40,000 bases of DNA from Candidatus Peregrinibacteria bacterium (GCA_018655275.1 JABIJZ010000002.1:195748-235747); one strand, 5' to 3'; numbered from the stretch's first letter, positions 7,933 to 18,231 are shown. Translations and numbers: made by a program. The notes: generated by a model from the letters alone, not told the origin.

Positions 7933-8514
7933 ATGTCAGGAATACTCGGCAAAAAAATAGGTATGACTAGAATCTTTAAGGAAGATGGTCGCGTGATCCC
8001 AATCACAGTTGTGCAGTGTGAACCAAATGAAATCACACAAATTAAAACAACTGAAAAAGACGGATATCCGGCGATAGTTCTGGGATTTTCCAAATTAAAG
8101 AAACCATCAAAGACAAAGAAATTCTATCATCAAAAAGAGTTCAAAATAGAAGAAGGAGCTGAACATAAGATAGGAGACCAAATTACTTTAGAATCATTCG
8201 AAGAAGTTGAGAAAGCGAGCAAAGTAGTCGCAATCTCAAAAGGTAAAGGATTCCAAGGTGTAATCAAAAGACACAATTTCTCAAGAGGTCCAGAGACACA
8301 CGGTTCTCACCATCATAGAGAACCAGGTTCAATCGGAGCCTGCGCGAAACCAGGAAGAGTAGACAAAGGAAAAAAGATGCCAGGTCATATGGGAACAGAC
8401 AGAATCACATTACAGAACGTTCCTATAGTATATCTAGACACAAAGAACAATTTAATTGGATTGGCTGGCCCAATCCCAGGTGGAACTAAAGGACTAGTAA
8501 TCATTCAAAAATAA
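7933..8514 (+). CDS. rplC: 50S ribosomal protein L3
   Basis: 193 aa, begins MSGILGKKIGMTRIF and contains KGKGFQGVIKRHNF. Confidence 0.95.
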   Translation: MSGILGKKIGMTRIFKEDGRVIPITVVQCEPNEITQIKTTEKDGYPAIVLGFSKLKKPSKTKKFYHQKEFKIEEGAEHKIGDQITLESFEEVEKASKVVAISKGKGFQGVIKRHNFSRGPETHGSHHHREPGSIGACAKPGRVDKGKKMPGHMGTDRITLQNVPIVYLDTKNNLIGLAGPIPGGTKGLVIIQK

Positions 8515-9167
8515 TGAAAGCAGATCTATACGCACAGTCAGGAGAGAAAAAAGGAGAAGTAACTCTAATAAAAGAGATTTTCGAGGTACCTTTCAATAAA
8601 GATCTCGTTCACCAAGCTTTAGTTTACCAATTAGCAAACGCGAGAATAGCTATTGCTCATACAAAGACTAGAAAGGACGTACGAGGTGGAGGCGCAAAAC
8701 CTTTCCGACAAAAAGGAACAGGTCGAGCCCGACAAGGTACTATCAGAAGTGCAAACATGAGAGGTGGAGGCGTAGTCTTCGGCCCAAACAAAGATCGAAA
8801 TTTCTCAAAAAAAATGCCTAAGAAAATGAGAAGAAAAGCTCTATTCTGCGCACTTTCAGAGAAAGCAAAAGAAGGTATGGTCATGGCTCTAGAGAAATAC
8901 GAAGGGGAAACAAAGACTAAACCATTAGTAGAACTATTGAAAAAACTACCTATAAAGAGAGATGTCCTAATAGTAGTTCCAGGAAGAGACGAAACTATCG
9001 AACGATCAAGCAAAAACATCGAAAATGCAAAAACAATTCATGTAAACTACCTAAATATCAAAGATTTACAAAAATTCGACAATGTCCTCTTCACAAAAGA
9101 AGCATTGGAAAAATTGGAGGACGTCTTTCTTACAGAAACTAAATTAGCTAAAGCAGACAATGAATAA
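8514..9167 (+). CDS. rplD: 50S ribosomal protein L4
   Basis: 217 aa with RGGGAKPFRQKGTGRARQG. Synteny supports the call. Confidence 0.95.
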   Translation: MKADLYAQSGEKKGEVTLIKEIFEVPFNKDLVHQALVYQLANARIAIAHTKTRKDVRGGGAKPFRQKGTGRARQGTIRSANMRGGGVVFGPNKDRNFSKKMPKKMRRKALFCALSEKAKEGMVMALEKYEGETKTKPLVELLKKLPIKRDVLIVVPGRDETIERSSKNIENAKTIHVNYLNIKDLQKFDNVLFTKEALEKLEDVFLTETKLAKADNE

Positions 9168-9450
9168 ATTATTCTCAATCGTTAAACCGATCATCACAGA
9201 AAAGAGCACAATCGCTCAAGAAAAAGGCAAATACGAATTTGAAGTATTAAGAGACGCAGACAAAACAACTATCAAAAGAGCTTTCGAAGAACTATATGGT
9301 GTAAAAGTTATAAGTATTACTACAAGAATTCTACCAAAAAAATCACGATTCATTAAAAGAGGTGTTCTATGGGACAAGAGAAACGCAGCAAAAAGAGCAA
9401 TCGTCAGAGTAGAAAAAGGAAAAACTATCGACCCTAACAAGATAAAGTAA
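9160..9450 (+). CDS. rplW: 50S ribosomal protein L23
   Basis: 96 aa with PIITEKS. Lies between L4 and L2. Confidence 0.93.
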   Translation: MNKLFSIVKPIITEKSTIAQEKGKYEFEVLRDADKTTIKRAFEELYGVKVISITTRILPKKSRFIKRGVLWDKRNAAKRAIVRVEKGKTIDPNKIK

Positions 9451-10283
9451 TGGCCCTAAAAAAGTTTAAAGCAACGTCACCGGGGAAAAGACATATGTCT
9501 GTAGCTTCATTCGATGAAGTAACAAAGACTAAACCTGAGAAGAACCTAACTAAAAGAATCAAACAGCATTCTGGAAGAAACAATAGAGGTAAAATTACAT
9601 GCCGACACAGAGGTGGAGGTCACAAAAGAGTATATAGAGACGTCGACTTCAACCAAACAGCGAAACTCGATATCCCAGGAAAAGTTACTGCAATAGAGTA
9701 TGATCCAATGAGAACTTCATACATAATGCTCGTAACATACAAAGACGGAGACAAGAGATACCACATTCTCCCAGAAGGAGTACAAGTTGGAGACACTATC
9801 GACACAAAAGTTAAAGGGAAAGTCAAAGCAGGAAACAGAATGACTTTGAAACACATCCCAGTAGGATACGAAGTTCACAACTTAGAAATATCACTCGGAA
9901 AAGGAGGACAAGCGATAAGATCAGCAGGAGCAAGCGCAACTGTAGTCTCACTAGAAGGAAAAAGTGCACAAATCCAAATGCCTTCTGGAGAAACAAGATT
10001 GGTAGCAAAAGAATGCTACGCAACAATAGGTAAAGTAAGTAACGAAGAACATTCAAATATAAAAGTAGGTAAAGCCGGAAGAAAAAGATGGATGGGAAGA
10101 CGTCCACAAGTAAGAGGTAAAGCGATGAATCCTTGCGATCATCCACATGGTGGTGGTGAAGGAAACCAACCAATTGGTATGAAGCATCCGAAAACACCAT
10201 GGGGAATGCCAGCTCTCGGTTACAAAACTAGAAGAAGACGTTCAACTGATAAATATATCCTAAAGTCTCGACATCATGGGTAG
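9450..10283 (+). CDS. rplB: 50S ribosomal protein L2
   Basis: 277 aa with the DHPHGGGEG motif. Confidence 0.97.
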   Translation: MALKKFKATSPGKRHMSVASFDEVTKTKPEKNLTKRIKQHSGRNNRGKITCRHRGGGHKRVYRDVDFNQTAKLDIPGKVTAIEYDPMRTSYIMLVTYKDGDKRYHILPEGVQVGDTIDTKVKGKVKAGNRMTLKHIPVGYEVHNLEISLGKGGQAIRSAGASATVVSLEGKSAQIQMPSGETRLVAKECYATIGKVSNEEHSNIKVGKAGRKRWMGRRPQVRGKAMNPCDHPHGGGEGNQPIGMKHPKTPWGMPALGYKTRRRRSTDKYILKSRHHG

Positions 10284-10545
10284 AAGTTCAAAAAAAGGAC
10301 CGTACGTTAATCCAAAATTACTTAAAAAAGTAATGAAAATGGACGAAACTGGTGACAAAAAGCCAGTCAAGACATGGGCAAGAAATTCAGACATACCACC
10401 CGAGTTCGTAGGACACACATTCGCAGTACATAACGGAAAACAATTCATACCAGTATTTATCTCAGAAAGCATGGTCGGTCACAAACTTGGAGAATTCTCT
10501 CCAACTAGAAAATTCAAAGGCCATGGAGGTAAACTAGCTAAATAA
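10276..10545 (+). CDS. rpsS: 30S ribosomal protein S19
   Basis: 89 aa with SSKKGPYV and [10 protein letters not shown]. Confidence 0.95.
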   Translation: MGRSSKKGPYVNPKLLKKVMKMDETGDKKPVKTWARNSDIPPEFVGHTFAVHNGKQFIPVFISESMVGHKLGEFSPTRKFKGHGGKLAK

Positions 10546-10593
10546 CAGTCCAAGAAAGGCAAAGCCGATTCTTGGACCAAATAAATAAAAACT

Positions 10594-11016
10594 ATGAAAG
10601 CAATCGCGAAAAACATTAGAATCTCACCAAAAAAAGCAAACTTAGTTGCATATCTTGTTCGAAACAAGAAAGTAACTGACGCTCTGGACATTCTAAAATT
10701 CACAAACAAGAAAGCTGCTCCATTAATAGCTAAAGTTATCGAATCAGCAGCAGCAAACGCAGAGAACAACCTTAAACAAAAGAGAGACAGTCTGGTTATA
10801 AAAGAAGTTGTTATAAACGACGGCACTACATTCAAAAGACACGTGCCAGCATCAAGAGGACGAGTGCACCCAATCAGAAAACGAAATTCACATATCACAG
10901 TTGCTCTAGCAACTGCGACAGAAGAAAAACCTGCAGAGAGACCAACAAAGAAGCCTGCAGAACCTGCAAAACCTGCAGAGGAAAAGCCTAGCACTCCACC
11001 AACTAAACAAAACTAA
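10594..11016 (+). CDS. rplV: 50S ribosomal protein L22 with a Pro/Lys/Glu-rich C-terminal tail
   Basis: 140 aa, contains ISPKKANLV. The ~30-aa tail reads EEKPAERPTKKPAEPAKPAEEKP. Confidence 0.93.
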   Translation: MKAIAKNIRISPKKANLVAYLVRNKKVTDALDILKFTNKKAAPLIAKVIESAAANAENNLKQKRDSLVIKEVVINDGTTFKRHVPASRGRVHPIRKRNSHITVALATATEEKPAERPTKKPAEPAKPAEEKPSTPPTKQN

Positions 11017-11019
11017 CTC

Positions 11020-11700
11020 ATGGGACAAAAAATAAACCCAAAAGTAATTAGGATAGGAATCACCAGAGACTGGGATTCAAAGTGGTATGCTGAGAAGAAA
11101 GACTACACTCGCCTACTACACGAAGACCTAGAGATCGAAAAATTGATCAAAGAAAAACTAACAGAAGGCGGAATCTCAAGAATAGAAATTCTAAGAACAC
11201 AAGGTAAAGTAATCATAAACATACATACTTCGAAACCAGGAGTAATCATCGGAAAAGGAGGAACAGTAATCGAAAACATAAAAACTAGCCTAGAGAAGAA
11301 CTTCAAATCAACATTCGCAATCAACATCAAGGAAATAAAGAAGCCAGCACTAGACGCAACAACATTAGCAGAAGCAGTGGCACAACAAGTCGCAAAGAGA
11401 GTCTCTTACAGAAGAGCATCAAAGATGGCAATCGAAAAAGCAATGGAAGCTGGAGCAAAAGGAGCAAAGATCAAATTAGCAGGAAGACTAAACGGAGTGG
11501 AAATCGCCAGAGAAGAATTCTTCTCACTAGGTAAAATCCCACTACACACATTCAGAGCAGACATCGACTATGCAAACGCAGTATCACGAACAACTTATGG
11601 AGCAATCGGAATCAAAATGTGGATCTACAAAGGAGAAGTATTTAAAAAAGACAGAGCAGAAGCTCTAAAAAACCAAATCGAAGAAATTAAAGCCGCTTAA
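11020..11700 (+). CDS. rpsC: 30S ribosomal protein S3
   Basis: 226 aa, begins MGQKINP, with KH-domain GKGG. Confidence 0.95.
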   Translation: MGQKINPKVIRIGITRDWDSKWYAEKKDYTRLLHEDLEIEKLIKEKLTEGGISRIEILRTQGKVIINIHTSKPGVIIGKGGTVIENIKTSLEKNFKSTFAINIKEIKKPALDATTLAEAVAQQVAKRVSYRRASKMAIEKAMEAGAKGAKIKLAGRLNGVEIAREEFFSLGKIPLHTFRADIDYANAVSRTTYGAIGIKMWIYKGEVFKKDRAEALKNQIEEIKAA

Positions 11701-11714
11701 ATCAACCAATCAAA

Positions 11715-12128
11715 ATGTTACAACCACGAAAGCAAAAACATAGAAAAGAACACCGCCTAAGAGGTTCATTCGCTGGCAACAGTCACACTGGAAATGCCTT
11801 GAGCTTCGGTACCTACGGACTAAAAGCACTAGGAACAGCGGAAGTAACATCAAGACAAATCGAATCAGCAAGACGTGTAATTACAAGATATACAAAGCGT
11901 GGAGGAAAAATCTGGATCCCAGTCTTCCCCCACAAACCAATCACAAAGAAAGGAGCGGAAGTACCAATGGGATCAGGAAAAGGTGCTCCAGACAGGTTTG
12001 TAGTAATGGTTAAGCCAGGAAGAGTACTGTTTGAAATGGACGGTATAGAAGAAGACATGGCTAAAGAAGCTCTCAGACTAGCTGCCTACAAACTACCTAT
12101 CAAATGCAAAGTAATAAGCAAAAAATAA
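11715..12128 (+). CDS. rplP: 50S ribosomal protein L16
   Basis: 137 aa, begins MLQPRKQKHRK. Confidence 0.95.
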   Translation: MLQPRKQKHRKEHRLRGSFAGNSHTGNALSFGTYGLKALGTAEVTSRQIESARRVITRYTKRGGKIWIPVFPHKPITKKGAEVPMGSGKGAPDRFVVMVKPGRVLFEMDGIEEDMAKEALRLAAYKLPIKCKVISKK

Positions 12129-12310
12129 TGTACAAACTAGAAGAATTAAAAAAATTAGAAAAAAAGAAGCTTCTTGAGGAAATAAAGAAAGCTGAAAAAG
12201 AACTATTCAAAGACGGATTCGAAGTCAAGACTGGGCAAGCTAAAGCAAGCCACAAACTAAGAATCAACAAGAGATACATCGCACAGATGAAGACTCTACT
12301 CAACTCATAA
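12128..12310 (+). CDS. rpmC: 50S ribosomal protein L29
   Basis: 60 aa from the ATG at 12128, which overlaps the rplP stop (TAATG). Lys/Glu-rich helical sequence, located between L16 and S17. Confidence 0.85.
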   Translation: MYKLEELKKLEKKKLLEEIKKAEKELFKDGFEVKTGQAKASHKLRINKRYIAQMKTLLNS

Positions 12311-12321
12311 TTAAACTCACC

Positions 12322-12597
12322 ATGAGATCAAAAAAAGGAACCGTATCATCGAACAAACAAGATAAGACTATAGTGGTCATAGTTCACACATACAAACGAC
12401 ACCCAAAATACCTAAAACGATACCGAACATCTAAAAAATTCCACGTAGACAACCCAGAGAACAAGAAATATGAGATAGGAGAAGAAGTAGAATTCTACGA
12501 AACAACACCAATCAGTAAACTAAAAAGATGGACAGTAGTTGCAGAAAGCGCAAGCGGTTCTGCAACAAAGAGCGAGGCAAAGCCGAGCGATCAATAA
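12322..12597 (+). CDS. rpsQ: 30S ribosomal protein S17
   Basis: 91 aa with GTVSSNKQDKTIVV. Synteny supports the call. Confidence 0.9.
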   Translation: MRSKKGTVSSNKQDKTIVVIVHTYKRHPKYLKRYRTSKKFHVDNPENKKYEIGEEVEFYETTPISKLKRWTVVAESASGSATKSEAKPSDQ

Positions 12598-12610
12598 ATT
12601 ATAAAAAACA

Positions 12611-12979
12611 ATGATCCAACCAGAATCAAAATTAAAGGTAGCGGACAACACAGGTGCAAAAATGGTTAAATGCATCAAGGTCCTAGGAGGCTCAAAAAGA
12701 AAATACGCAAGATTAGGCGACCTTATCGTAGTATCTGTTAAAGAAGCTGCACCAAGAGGCGTTGTGAAAAAGAAAAGCGTCCAAAGAGCAGTTATTGTAA
12801 GACAAGTAAAAGAAACCAGCAGAAAAGACGGTTCATACATAAAATTCGACGAAAACGCAGTAGTAATCGTAACTCCAGAGAAATTACCTAAAGGAACTCG
12901 TGTATTCGGTCCAGTAGCAAGAGAACTTAGAGAAAAAGGATTCCAAAAAATTATTTCTTTAGCCCCTGAAGTATTATGA
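12611..12979 (+). CDS. rplN: 50S ribosomal protein L14
   Basis: 122 aa, begins [17 protein letters not shown]. Confidence 0.97.
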   Translation: MIQPESKLKVADNTGAKMVKCIKVLGGSKRKYARLGDLIVVSVKEAAPRGVVKKKSVQRAVIVRQVKETSRKDGSYIKFDENAVVIVTPEKLPKGTRVFGPVARELREKGFQKIISLAPEVL

Positions 12980-13326
12980 AGCTTAAACTCGGAGACGAAG
13001 TACAAATAGCAACAGGAAAAGACAAAGGTAAAACAGGTAAAGTTACTAAGATATTTCGAAACTCAAACAAGATAGTAGTAGAGAAGATAAACATGATCAC
13101 AAAACACATCAAGAAAACAGCACAAAAGGCTGGAGAAAAAATCCAACTCGAAGCACCAATCAACGCTTCAAACGCAGTGCTAGTCTGCCCAAAATGTAAA
13201 AAAACAACTAGAGTAGGCTACAAGAAATTAGACACAGGCAAAAAAGAGAGAGTATGTAAAAAATGTAATGAATCAGTGGACCAAATAGTTACATCAAGAA
13301 AAACAAGTTCTAAACAAAAAAAATAA
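12976..13326 (+). CDS. rplX: 50S ribosomal protein L24 (variant with CxxC..CxxC)
   Basis: 116 aa with KOW motif [20 protein letters not shown] overlap with rplN. Confidence 0.9.
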   Translation: MKLKLGDEVQIATGKDKGKTGKVTKIFRNSNKIVVEKINMITKHIKKTAQKAGEKIQLEAPINASNAVLVCPKCKKTTRVGYKKLDTGKKERVCKKCNESVDQIVTSRKTSSKQKK

Positions 13327-13329
13327 ATC

Positions 13330-13881
13330 ATGGCAAAACCACAAGATCTAAAAACTCAATTTGTAAAAGAAATAGCTCCAAAGCTAATGGCTGAGTTGAA
13401 ACTAAAAAACATCAACACAGTGCCAAAATTGAAAAAGATAACAATCAACACAGGTATAGGTTCACAAATCCAACAGAACGGAAAGGATTTTGACCACATC
13501 ACTCAGAACATCATCAAGATTACAGGACAAAAACCAGTAATCAATATGGCACGAAAAGCTATCTCTAACTTTAAACTAAGAGAAGGACAACCAGTCGGGA
13601 TTCACGTAACACTAAGAGGACAAAGAATGTACGACTTCATGAACAAGCTAATCAACGTAACTATTCCAAGATTCAAAGATTTCCGAGGCCTATCACCAAA
13701 ATCATTCGACGGTAACGGAAACTACTCAATCGGAATAAAAGAACACATCGTATTCCCAGAAATTGACCCAGATGATGTATTGCAATTGCACGGATTACAA
13801 ATCGTAATCACAACAACAGCAACAGACGACGAACACGGAAAAAAATTACTAGAAGCATTCCATTTCCCATTTAAAAAATAA
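13330..13881 (+). CDS. rplE: 50S ribosomal protein L5
   Basis: 183 aa. Synteny and L5-like sequence. Confidence 0.95.
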   Translation: MAKPQDLKTQFVKEIAPKLMAELKLKNINTVPKLKKITINTGIGSQIQQNGKDFDHITQNIIKITGQKPVINMARKAISNFKLREGQPVGIHVTLRGQRMYDFMNKLINVTIPRFKDFRGLSPKSFDGNGNYSIGIKEHIVFPEIDPDDVLQLHGLQIVITTTATDDEHGKKLLEAFHFPFKK

Positions 13882-13883
13882 TT

Positions 13884-14108
13884 ATGGCAAGAACAGCACT
13901 CACAGTTAAGAATGATCGAAGGGCCCAAACTGCTCTAAGAAGAAAAGCAGCTGGAAACCCAGTAGTGAACTCAACAAAAATATATAACAGATGCAGATTG
14001 TGCAAAAGAGGTAAAGGTTACATGCGAAAATTCGACATGTGCCGAATCTGCTTCAGAGAACTTGCTAGCAATGGAAAGATCCCTGGACTAAAAAAATCAT
14101 CTTGGTAA
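13884..14108 (+). CDS. rpsN: 30S ribosomal protein S14, zinc-binding (type Z) form
   Basis: 74 aa with CRLC..CRIC and ending GLKKSSW. Confidence 0.9.
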   Translation: MARTALTVKNDRRAQTALRRKAAGNPVVNSTKIYNRCRLCKRGKGYMRKFDMCRICFRELASNGKIPGLKKSSW

Positions 14109-14130
14109 AGAAAAATTATAACCTTAAACA

Positions 14131-14508
14131 ATGAACACAGACCCAATAGCAGACTTACTAACAAGAATACGAAATGCCTCAAATGCGAGACTAAATTCAA
14201 CAAACTGCCCACACTCAAAATTAAAAGAGAACTTACTTAAACTAATCCAAAAATTCGATTTCATCGAGAAATACGAAGTAACAAAAGATAAATTCCCAGA
14301 ATTAGTAATCACTTTGAAAGAAGATCGAAAACTAACACTAAAAAGAGTATCAAAACCAGGACAAAGAATTTACCTTGGAAAAGATAAAATGAAACCTCTA
14401 AAAAGCGGCCTAGGAATCTCAATCGTATCAACTTCAAAAGGGTTGATGACAAGTATCGACGCAGCAAAACAAGGCCTAGGAGGAGAAGTACTCTGCGAAA
14501 TAATTTAA
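14131..14508 (+). CDS. rpsH: 30S ribosomal protein S8
   Basis: 125 aa with DPIADLLTRIRNA. Confidence 0.95.
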   Translation: MNTDPIADLLTRIRNASNARLNSTNCPHSKLKENLLKLIQKFDFIEKYEVTKDKFPELVITLKEDRKLTLKRVSKPGQRIYLGKDKMKPLKSGLGISIVSTSKGLMTSIDAAKQGLGGEVLCEII

Positions 14509-14526
14509 TTAAATCTAATCTTACAA

Positions 14527-15084
14527 ATGTCACGAATAGGAAAACAACCAATAGAAGTACCATCAGGCGTTACAGTTGAAATAACTGCAAGCGACATAAA
14601 AGTAAAAGGTTCAAAAGGAGAACTATCTCGTGTAGTGCACCCTAGAATCAAAGTAGAGCAAGAAGGAACTACACTATTAGTAAAAAGACAATCAGACTCA
14701 AAAGAAGACAAGAGTCTTCACGGACTATTCAGAAGCTTGATCGCAAACATGGTAGAAGGAGTTTCAAAAGGTTATGAGAAAAAACTGCAAGTAATTGGTG
14801 TTGGATACAAATTCAAACCTAGCGGAAGCAAAATTACACTAAACCTCGGATTCTCACACCCTATCGATTTCACAGCAAAAGAAGGAGTAACATTTGAAGC
14901 AGACCCAGAAGAAAAAGATATTCTTATAGTAAAAGGAATCGACAAAGAAGCTGTAGGAGAAGCAGCAGCAAAAGTAAGATCTTTCAGACCACCAGAACCA
15001 TATAAAGGAAAAGGTATCCGATACGCAGACGAATACGTAGCACGTAAAGCAGGTAAAGCAGCAGGAGGTAGTGGTGGAGAATAA
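14527..15084 (+). CDS. rplF: 50S ribosomal protein L6
   Basis: 185 aa, begins MSRIGKQPIEVPSGV. Confidence 0.95.
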   Translation: MSRIGKQPIEVPSGVTVEITASDIKVKGSKGELSRVVHPRIKVEQEGTTLLVKRQSDSKEDKSLHGLFRSLIANMVEGVSKGYEKKLQVIGVGYKFKPSGSKITLNLGFSHPIDFTAKEGVTFEADPEEKDILIVKGIDKEAVGEAAAKVRSFRPPEPYKGKGIRYADEYVARKAGKAAGGSGGE

Positions 15085-15109
15085 TAATTCAATTAATTAA
15101 AGTTACAAA

Positions 15110-15454
15110 ATGCCAACAACAAAAGAAATAGCACGTCAAAAAAGACACAAAAGAATCCGATCTATCGTGAACGGAACTGAAGCAAGACCTAGATTAGTTG
15201 TATTCAGAAGTATAAAAGATACTTACGCTCAACTTATCGACGATGACAAAGGAGTAACTCTAGCAGAAAGCTCAAGCATGAAGACAAAAAAAGGCACAAA
15301 GCTCGAACAAGCAAAAGAAGTAGGACTAGCAATAGCCAAAAAAGCTGCTGAGAAAAAAATAACAACTGTAACATTCGACAGAAGAGGCTATGCTTACCAC
15401 GGAAGAGTAAAAGCAGTTGCAGAAGCAGCTCGTGAAGGCGGCCTAAAATTCTAA
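15110..15454 (+). CDS. rplR: 50S ribosomal protein L18
   Basis: 114 aa with RPRLVVFRS and YHGRVKA. Confidence 0.93.
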   Translation: MPTTKEIARQKRHKRIRSIVNGTEARPRLVVFRSIKDTYAQLIDDDKGVTLAESSSMKTKKGTKLEQAKEVGLAIAKKAAEKKITTVTFDRRGYAYHGRVKAVAEAAREGGLKF

Positions 15455-15472
15455 CATTTATAAAAACTTAAC

Positions 15473-16285
15473 ATGTCAAAAAGACCACACACAAAAACAG
15501 GAGGAGGAAAAGAAACAAAAGAATTCGAAGAAGAAGTTCTACAAATTGATCGTGTAACTCGTGTCGTAAAAGGTGGTCGAAGACTTAGATTCCGTGCAAC
15601 AGTAATTATCGGAAACCGAAAAGGTAAAGTTGGAGTAGGTGTTGGTAAATCTGAAGAAGTAGTTGGAGCAATCCAAAAAGCAGTAGCCGACGCAAAGAAA
15701 AACATGATCACAGTCATCTTGGACGGGACAACAGTCCCCCACCAGACAAACATAAAATATAAGAGTGCACACGTATTATTGATCCCAGCTTGCGCAGGTA
15801 CAGGTATCATCGCAGGAGGGCCAGTACGTAAAGTAGTTGAATTGGCAGGAATCAGAAACTTACTATCAAAATCACTTGGAACAACAAATAAAATTTCATG
15901 TGCAAGAGCAACAATAGAAGCATTAAAAGAAATGAAAAAAACACCTTTCTCAAAGAAACCAGAATTCCCAACAGAAGCAGACAGACCTAAACAACAAGAA
16001 AGACAAAGACCACCAAGAAGAAACGACAGAAGAGGACCAGCCACACCAGAAGCACATACAGGTCCAATCCCTGCGGGAAGACAACCAGTGAAAACAGAGA
16101 CTCCAAAAGCAGCACCAGCTCCAAAAGCTGAAGCTAAACCAGAACCAAAGCCTGAAGAAGCGCCAAAAACCGAAGAAGCTCCAAAGCCTGAAGTTAAACC
16201 AGAACCAACAGTGGAAGCACCAGCTCCAAAAGCTGAAGAGGCTCCAAAAGTGGAAGTACCAACAACCGAAGAATCTAACTCATAA
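15473..16285 (+). CDS. rpsE: 30S ribosomal protein S5 with a ~110-aa low-complexity C-terminal extension
   Basis: 270 aa. The S5 core (RVTRVVKGGRRLRFRA..) ends near aa 158, followed by a Pro/Glu/Ala/Lys-rich tail. Confidence 0.93.
   Translation: MSKRPHTKTGGGKETKEFEEEVLQIDRVTRVVKGGRRLRFRATVIIGNRKGKVGVGVGKSEEVVGAIQKAVADAKKNMITVILDGTTVPHQTNIKYKSAHVLLIPACAGTGIIAGGPVRKVVELAGIRNLLSKSLGTTNKISCARATIEALKEMKKTPFSKKPEFPTEADRPKQQERQRPPRRNDRRGPATPEAHTGPIPAGRQPVKTETPKAAPAPKAEAKPEPKPEEAPKTEEAPKPEVKPEPTVEAPAPKAEEAPKVEVPTTEESNS
16109..16260 (+). repeat. imperfect in-frame DNA repeats encoding the S5 PEAK-rich tail
   Basis: gcaccagctccaaaagctgaag occurs at about 16112 and 16216. aaaccagaaccaa occurs at about 16135 and 16195. 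Confidence 0.5.
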
Positions 16286-16290
16286 AAGAA

Positions 16291-16794
16291 ATGCCATTAA
16301 CAGAATTATCTAGCAAAATCAAAAGACCTGCAAAAAAAAGAGTAGGACGTGGAAACGGCTCTGGAATGGGAACATATGCAGGACGTGGACAAAAAGGTCA
16401 AACCTCAAGAAGTGGTGGTAAAAGAAGACCTGGCTTCGAAGGTGGACAAACTCCATTTGCACAAAAAATGCCTAAACTAAGAGGATTCAAAAATCCTAAC
16501 CACTTGGACTATCTAGCAATCAACGTAGGAGATCTAGAAGAAAAATTCAAAGGACAAAAAGAGATTACACTTTCAAACAAAAGAAAACCTTTCAAACTAT
16601 TAGGAAACGGAGAAATCACAACAGCTTTTAAAATCACAGTAGACAAAGCAAGTGCATCTGCAATCGAAAAAGTAACTAAAGCTGGCGGAAGTGTAGAAGT
16701 AGTCAACAAGAAAGTTGAAAAAACTTCAAAAAAAGATAAAAAAGAAGTAAAATCCAAAGCAGAAGAATCAAAAGAGGAATCGCCAAAAGAATAA
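16291..16794 (+). CDS. rplO: 50S ribosomal protein L15
   Basis: 167 aa with RVGRGNGSGMGTYAGRGQKGQ. It starts 5 nt after the rpsE stop, leaving no room for rpmD. Confidence 0.9.
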   Translation: MPLTELSSKIKRPAKKRVGRGNGSGMGTYAGRGQKGQTSRSGGKRRPGFEGGQTPFAQKMPKLRGFKNPNHLDYLAINVGDLEEKFKGQKEITLSNKRKPFKLLGNGEITTAFKITVDKASASAIEKVTKAGGSVEVVNKKVEKTSKKDKKEVKSKAEESKEESPKE

Positions 16795-16804
16795 TTCTAC
16801 AAAA

Positions 16805-18103
16805 ATGTTCAACTACCTCAAACAAATCTGGAACACAAAAGATCTAAGAAAAAAGATCCTTTTTACCATAGCAATGCTCGTTCTATATAGAATGATCTCT
16901 CAAATCTCAATTCCAGGCGCAGACTTGAACGCAATCAGAGACGTATTCCAAAACAATGACTTACTCGGAGCATTCAGCATGTTGACTGGAGGTAGCGCAG
17001 ACAACCTATCTATCCTATTAATGGGAATCTCTCCATATATCAATGCATCTATCATTATGCAGTTGATGACAGTAGTTATTCCAAAAATCGAAGACCTTCA
17101 AAAAGAAGGAGAAGCAGGTAGAAAGAAAATCAACGCATACACAAGATGGTTAACACTTCCTTTAGCTTTCCTTCAATCATACGGAATGCTTGTATTGTTG
17201 AACTCACAATCACACACACCAATCATCACAAATATGGACGATCCCCTAACGATCATAGCCATCATGATGACCATCACAGCAGGAACAGTATTCCTTGTAT
17301 GGCTTGGTGAACAAATCACGGAAAAAGGTATCGGAAACGGTATATCTTTAATAATCTTTGCCTCTATTATTTCAGGAGTGCCTCAAATGATCGGGCAAGG
17401 ACTATTCTTAGCACAAACAGACGAATCGAAGATAATTCCATTCGCAACAATCGTGCTTATCACGGTAATCCTTACAGCAGTTATAGTAGTAGTAAACGAA
17501 GCCCAAAGACGAATCCCGATCACATACGCAGGCCGAGGAGTAAAAGGGAAAAGCGAACAATCGTACCTCCCTATTCGTATCAACCAAGCAGGAATGATCC
17601 CAATCATCTTTGCTGTATCGTTGGTAAGTTTTCCATCGATCCTTGCAACTTTCTTACAAAGAGCTGAGTCAGCTTGGCTACGTGTTGTAGCAGACAAAAT
17701 CACAGTACTATTCCAAGTGAACAGTCCAGTATATATGATAACTTATTTCTTATTGGTAGTTGGATTCACATACTTCTATGTATCAATCACATTCAACCCA
17801 AAGAACGTAGCTGAAAACATCCAAAAAAGAGGAGGTTACGTCCCAGGCATCCGCCCAGGACAACAAACAGAAGAGCACATCGGCAAAATCTCAAGCAGAT
17901 TAAACTTATTCGGAGGACTATTCCTAGCACTCATCGCAGTTTCACCAATGCTTATCCAAATCTTCTTCCGAAAACTCGCGATCGGAACTGTCCCCCTACT
18001 CATCTCTGGAGCAGGTATGATCATCATCGTCGGTGTTATCCTTGAGCTAATCCGACAAATCAATTCTCAATTGATCATGCACGATTACAATAAGTTTTAT
18101 TGA
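16805..18103 (+). CDS. secY: preprotein translocase subunit SecY
   Basis: 432 aa, multi-TM, with SecY-like sequence and synteny. Confidence 0.97.
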   Translation: MFNYLKQIWNTKDLRKKILFTIAMLVLYRMISQISIPGADLNAIRDVFQNNDLLGAFSMLTGGSADNLSILLMGISPYINASIIMQLMTVVIPKIEDLQKEGEAGRKKINAYTRWLTLPLAFLQSYGMLVLLNSQSHTPIITNMDDPLTIIAIMMTITAGTVFLVWLGEQITEKGIGNGISLIIFASIISGVPQMIGQGLFLAQTDESKIIPFATIVLITVILTAVIVVVNEAQRRIPITYAGRGVKGKSEQSYLPIRINQAGMIPIIFAVSLVSFPSILATFLQRAESAWLRVVADKITVLFQVNSPVYMITYFLLVVGFTYFYVSITFNPKNVAENIQKRGGYVPGIRPGQQTEEHIGKISSRLNLFGGLFLALIAVSPMLIQIFFRKLAIGTVPLLISGAGMIIIVGVILELIRQINSQLIMHDYNKFY

Positions 18104-18169
18104 TAGTCACAGGAAGCGATAGCGATCCAGTAACAAAAAACGAGCCAAAGGCGAGCGCTAAATTCCTTC

Positions 18170-18198
18170 TTGATATAAACTTTTCTAGAAGTTAAAAT
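18170..18198 (+). promoter_or_regulatory. possible adk promoter TTGATA-17-TAAAAT
   Basis: Hexamers read directly in the 128-nt secY-adk spacer. Confidence 0.35.
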
Positions 18199-18231
18199 CT
18201 ATTCACAAGCAAATACTCTAATCCCCCACTC

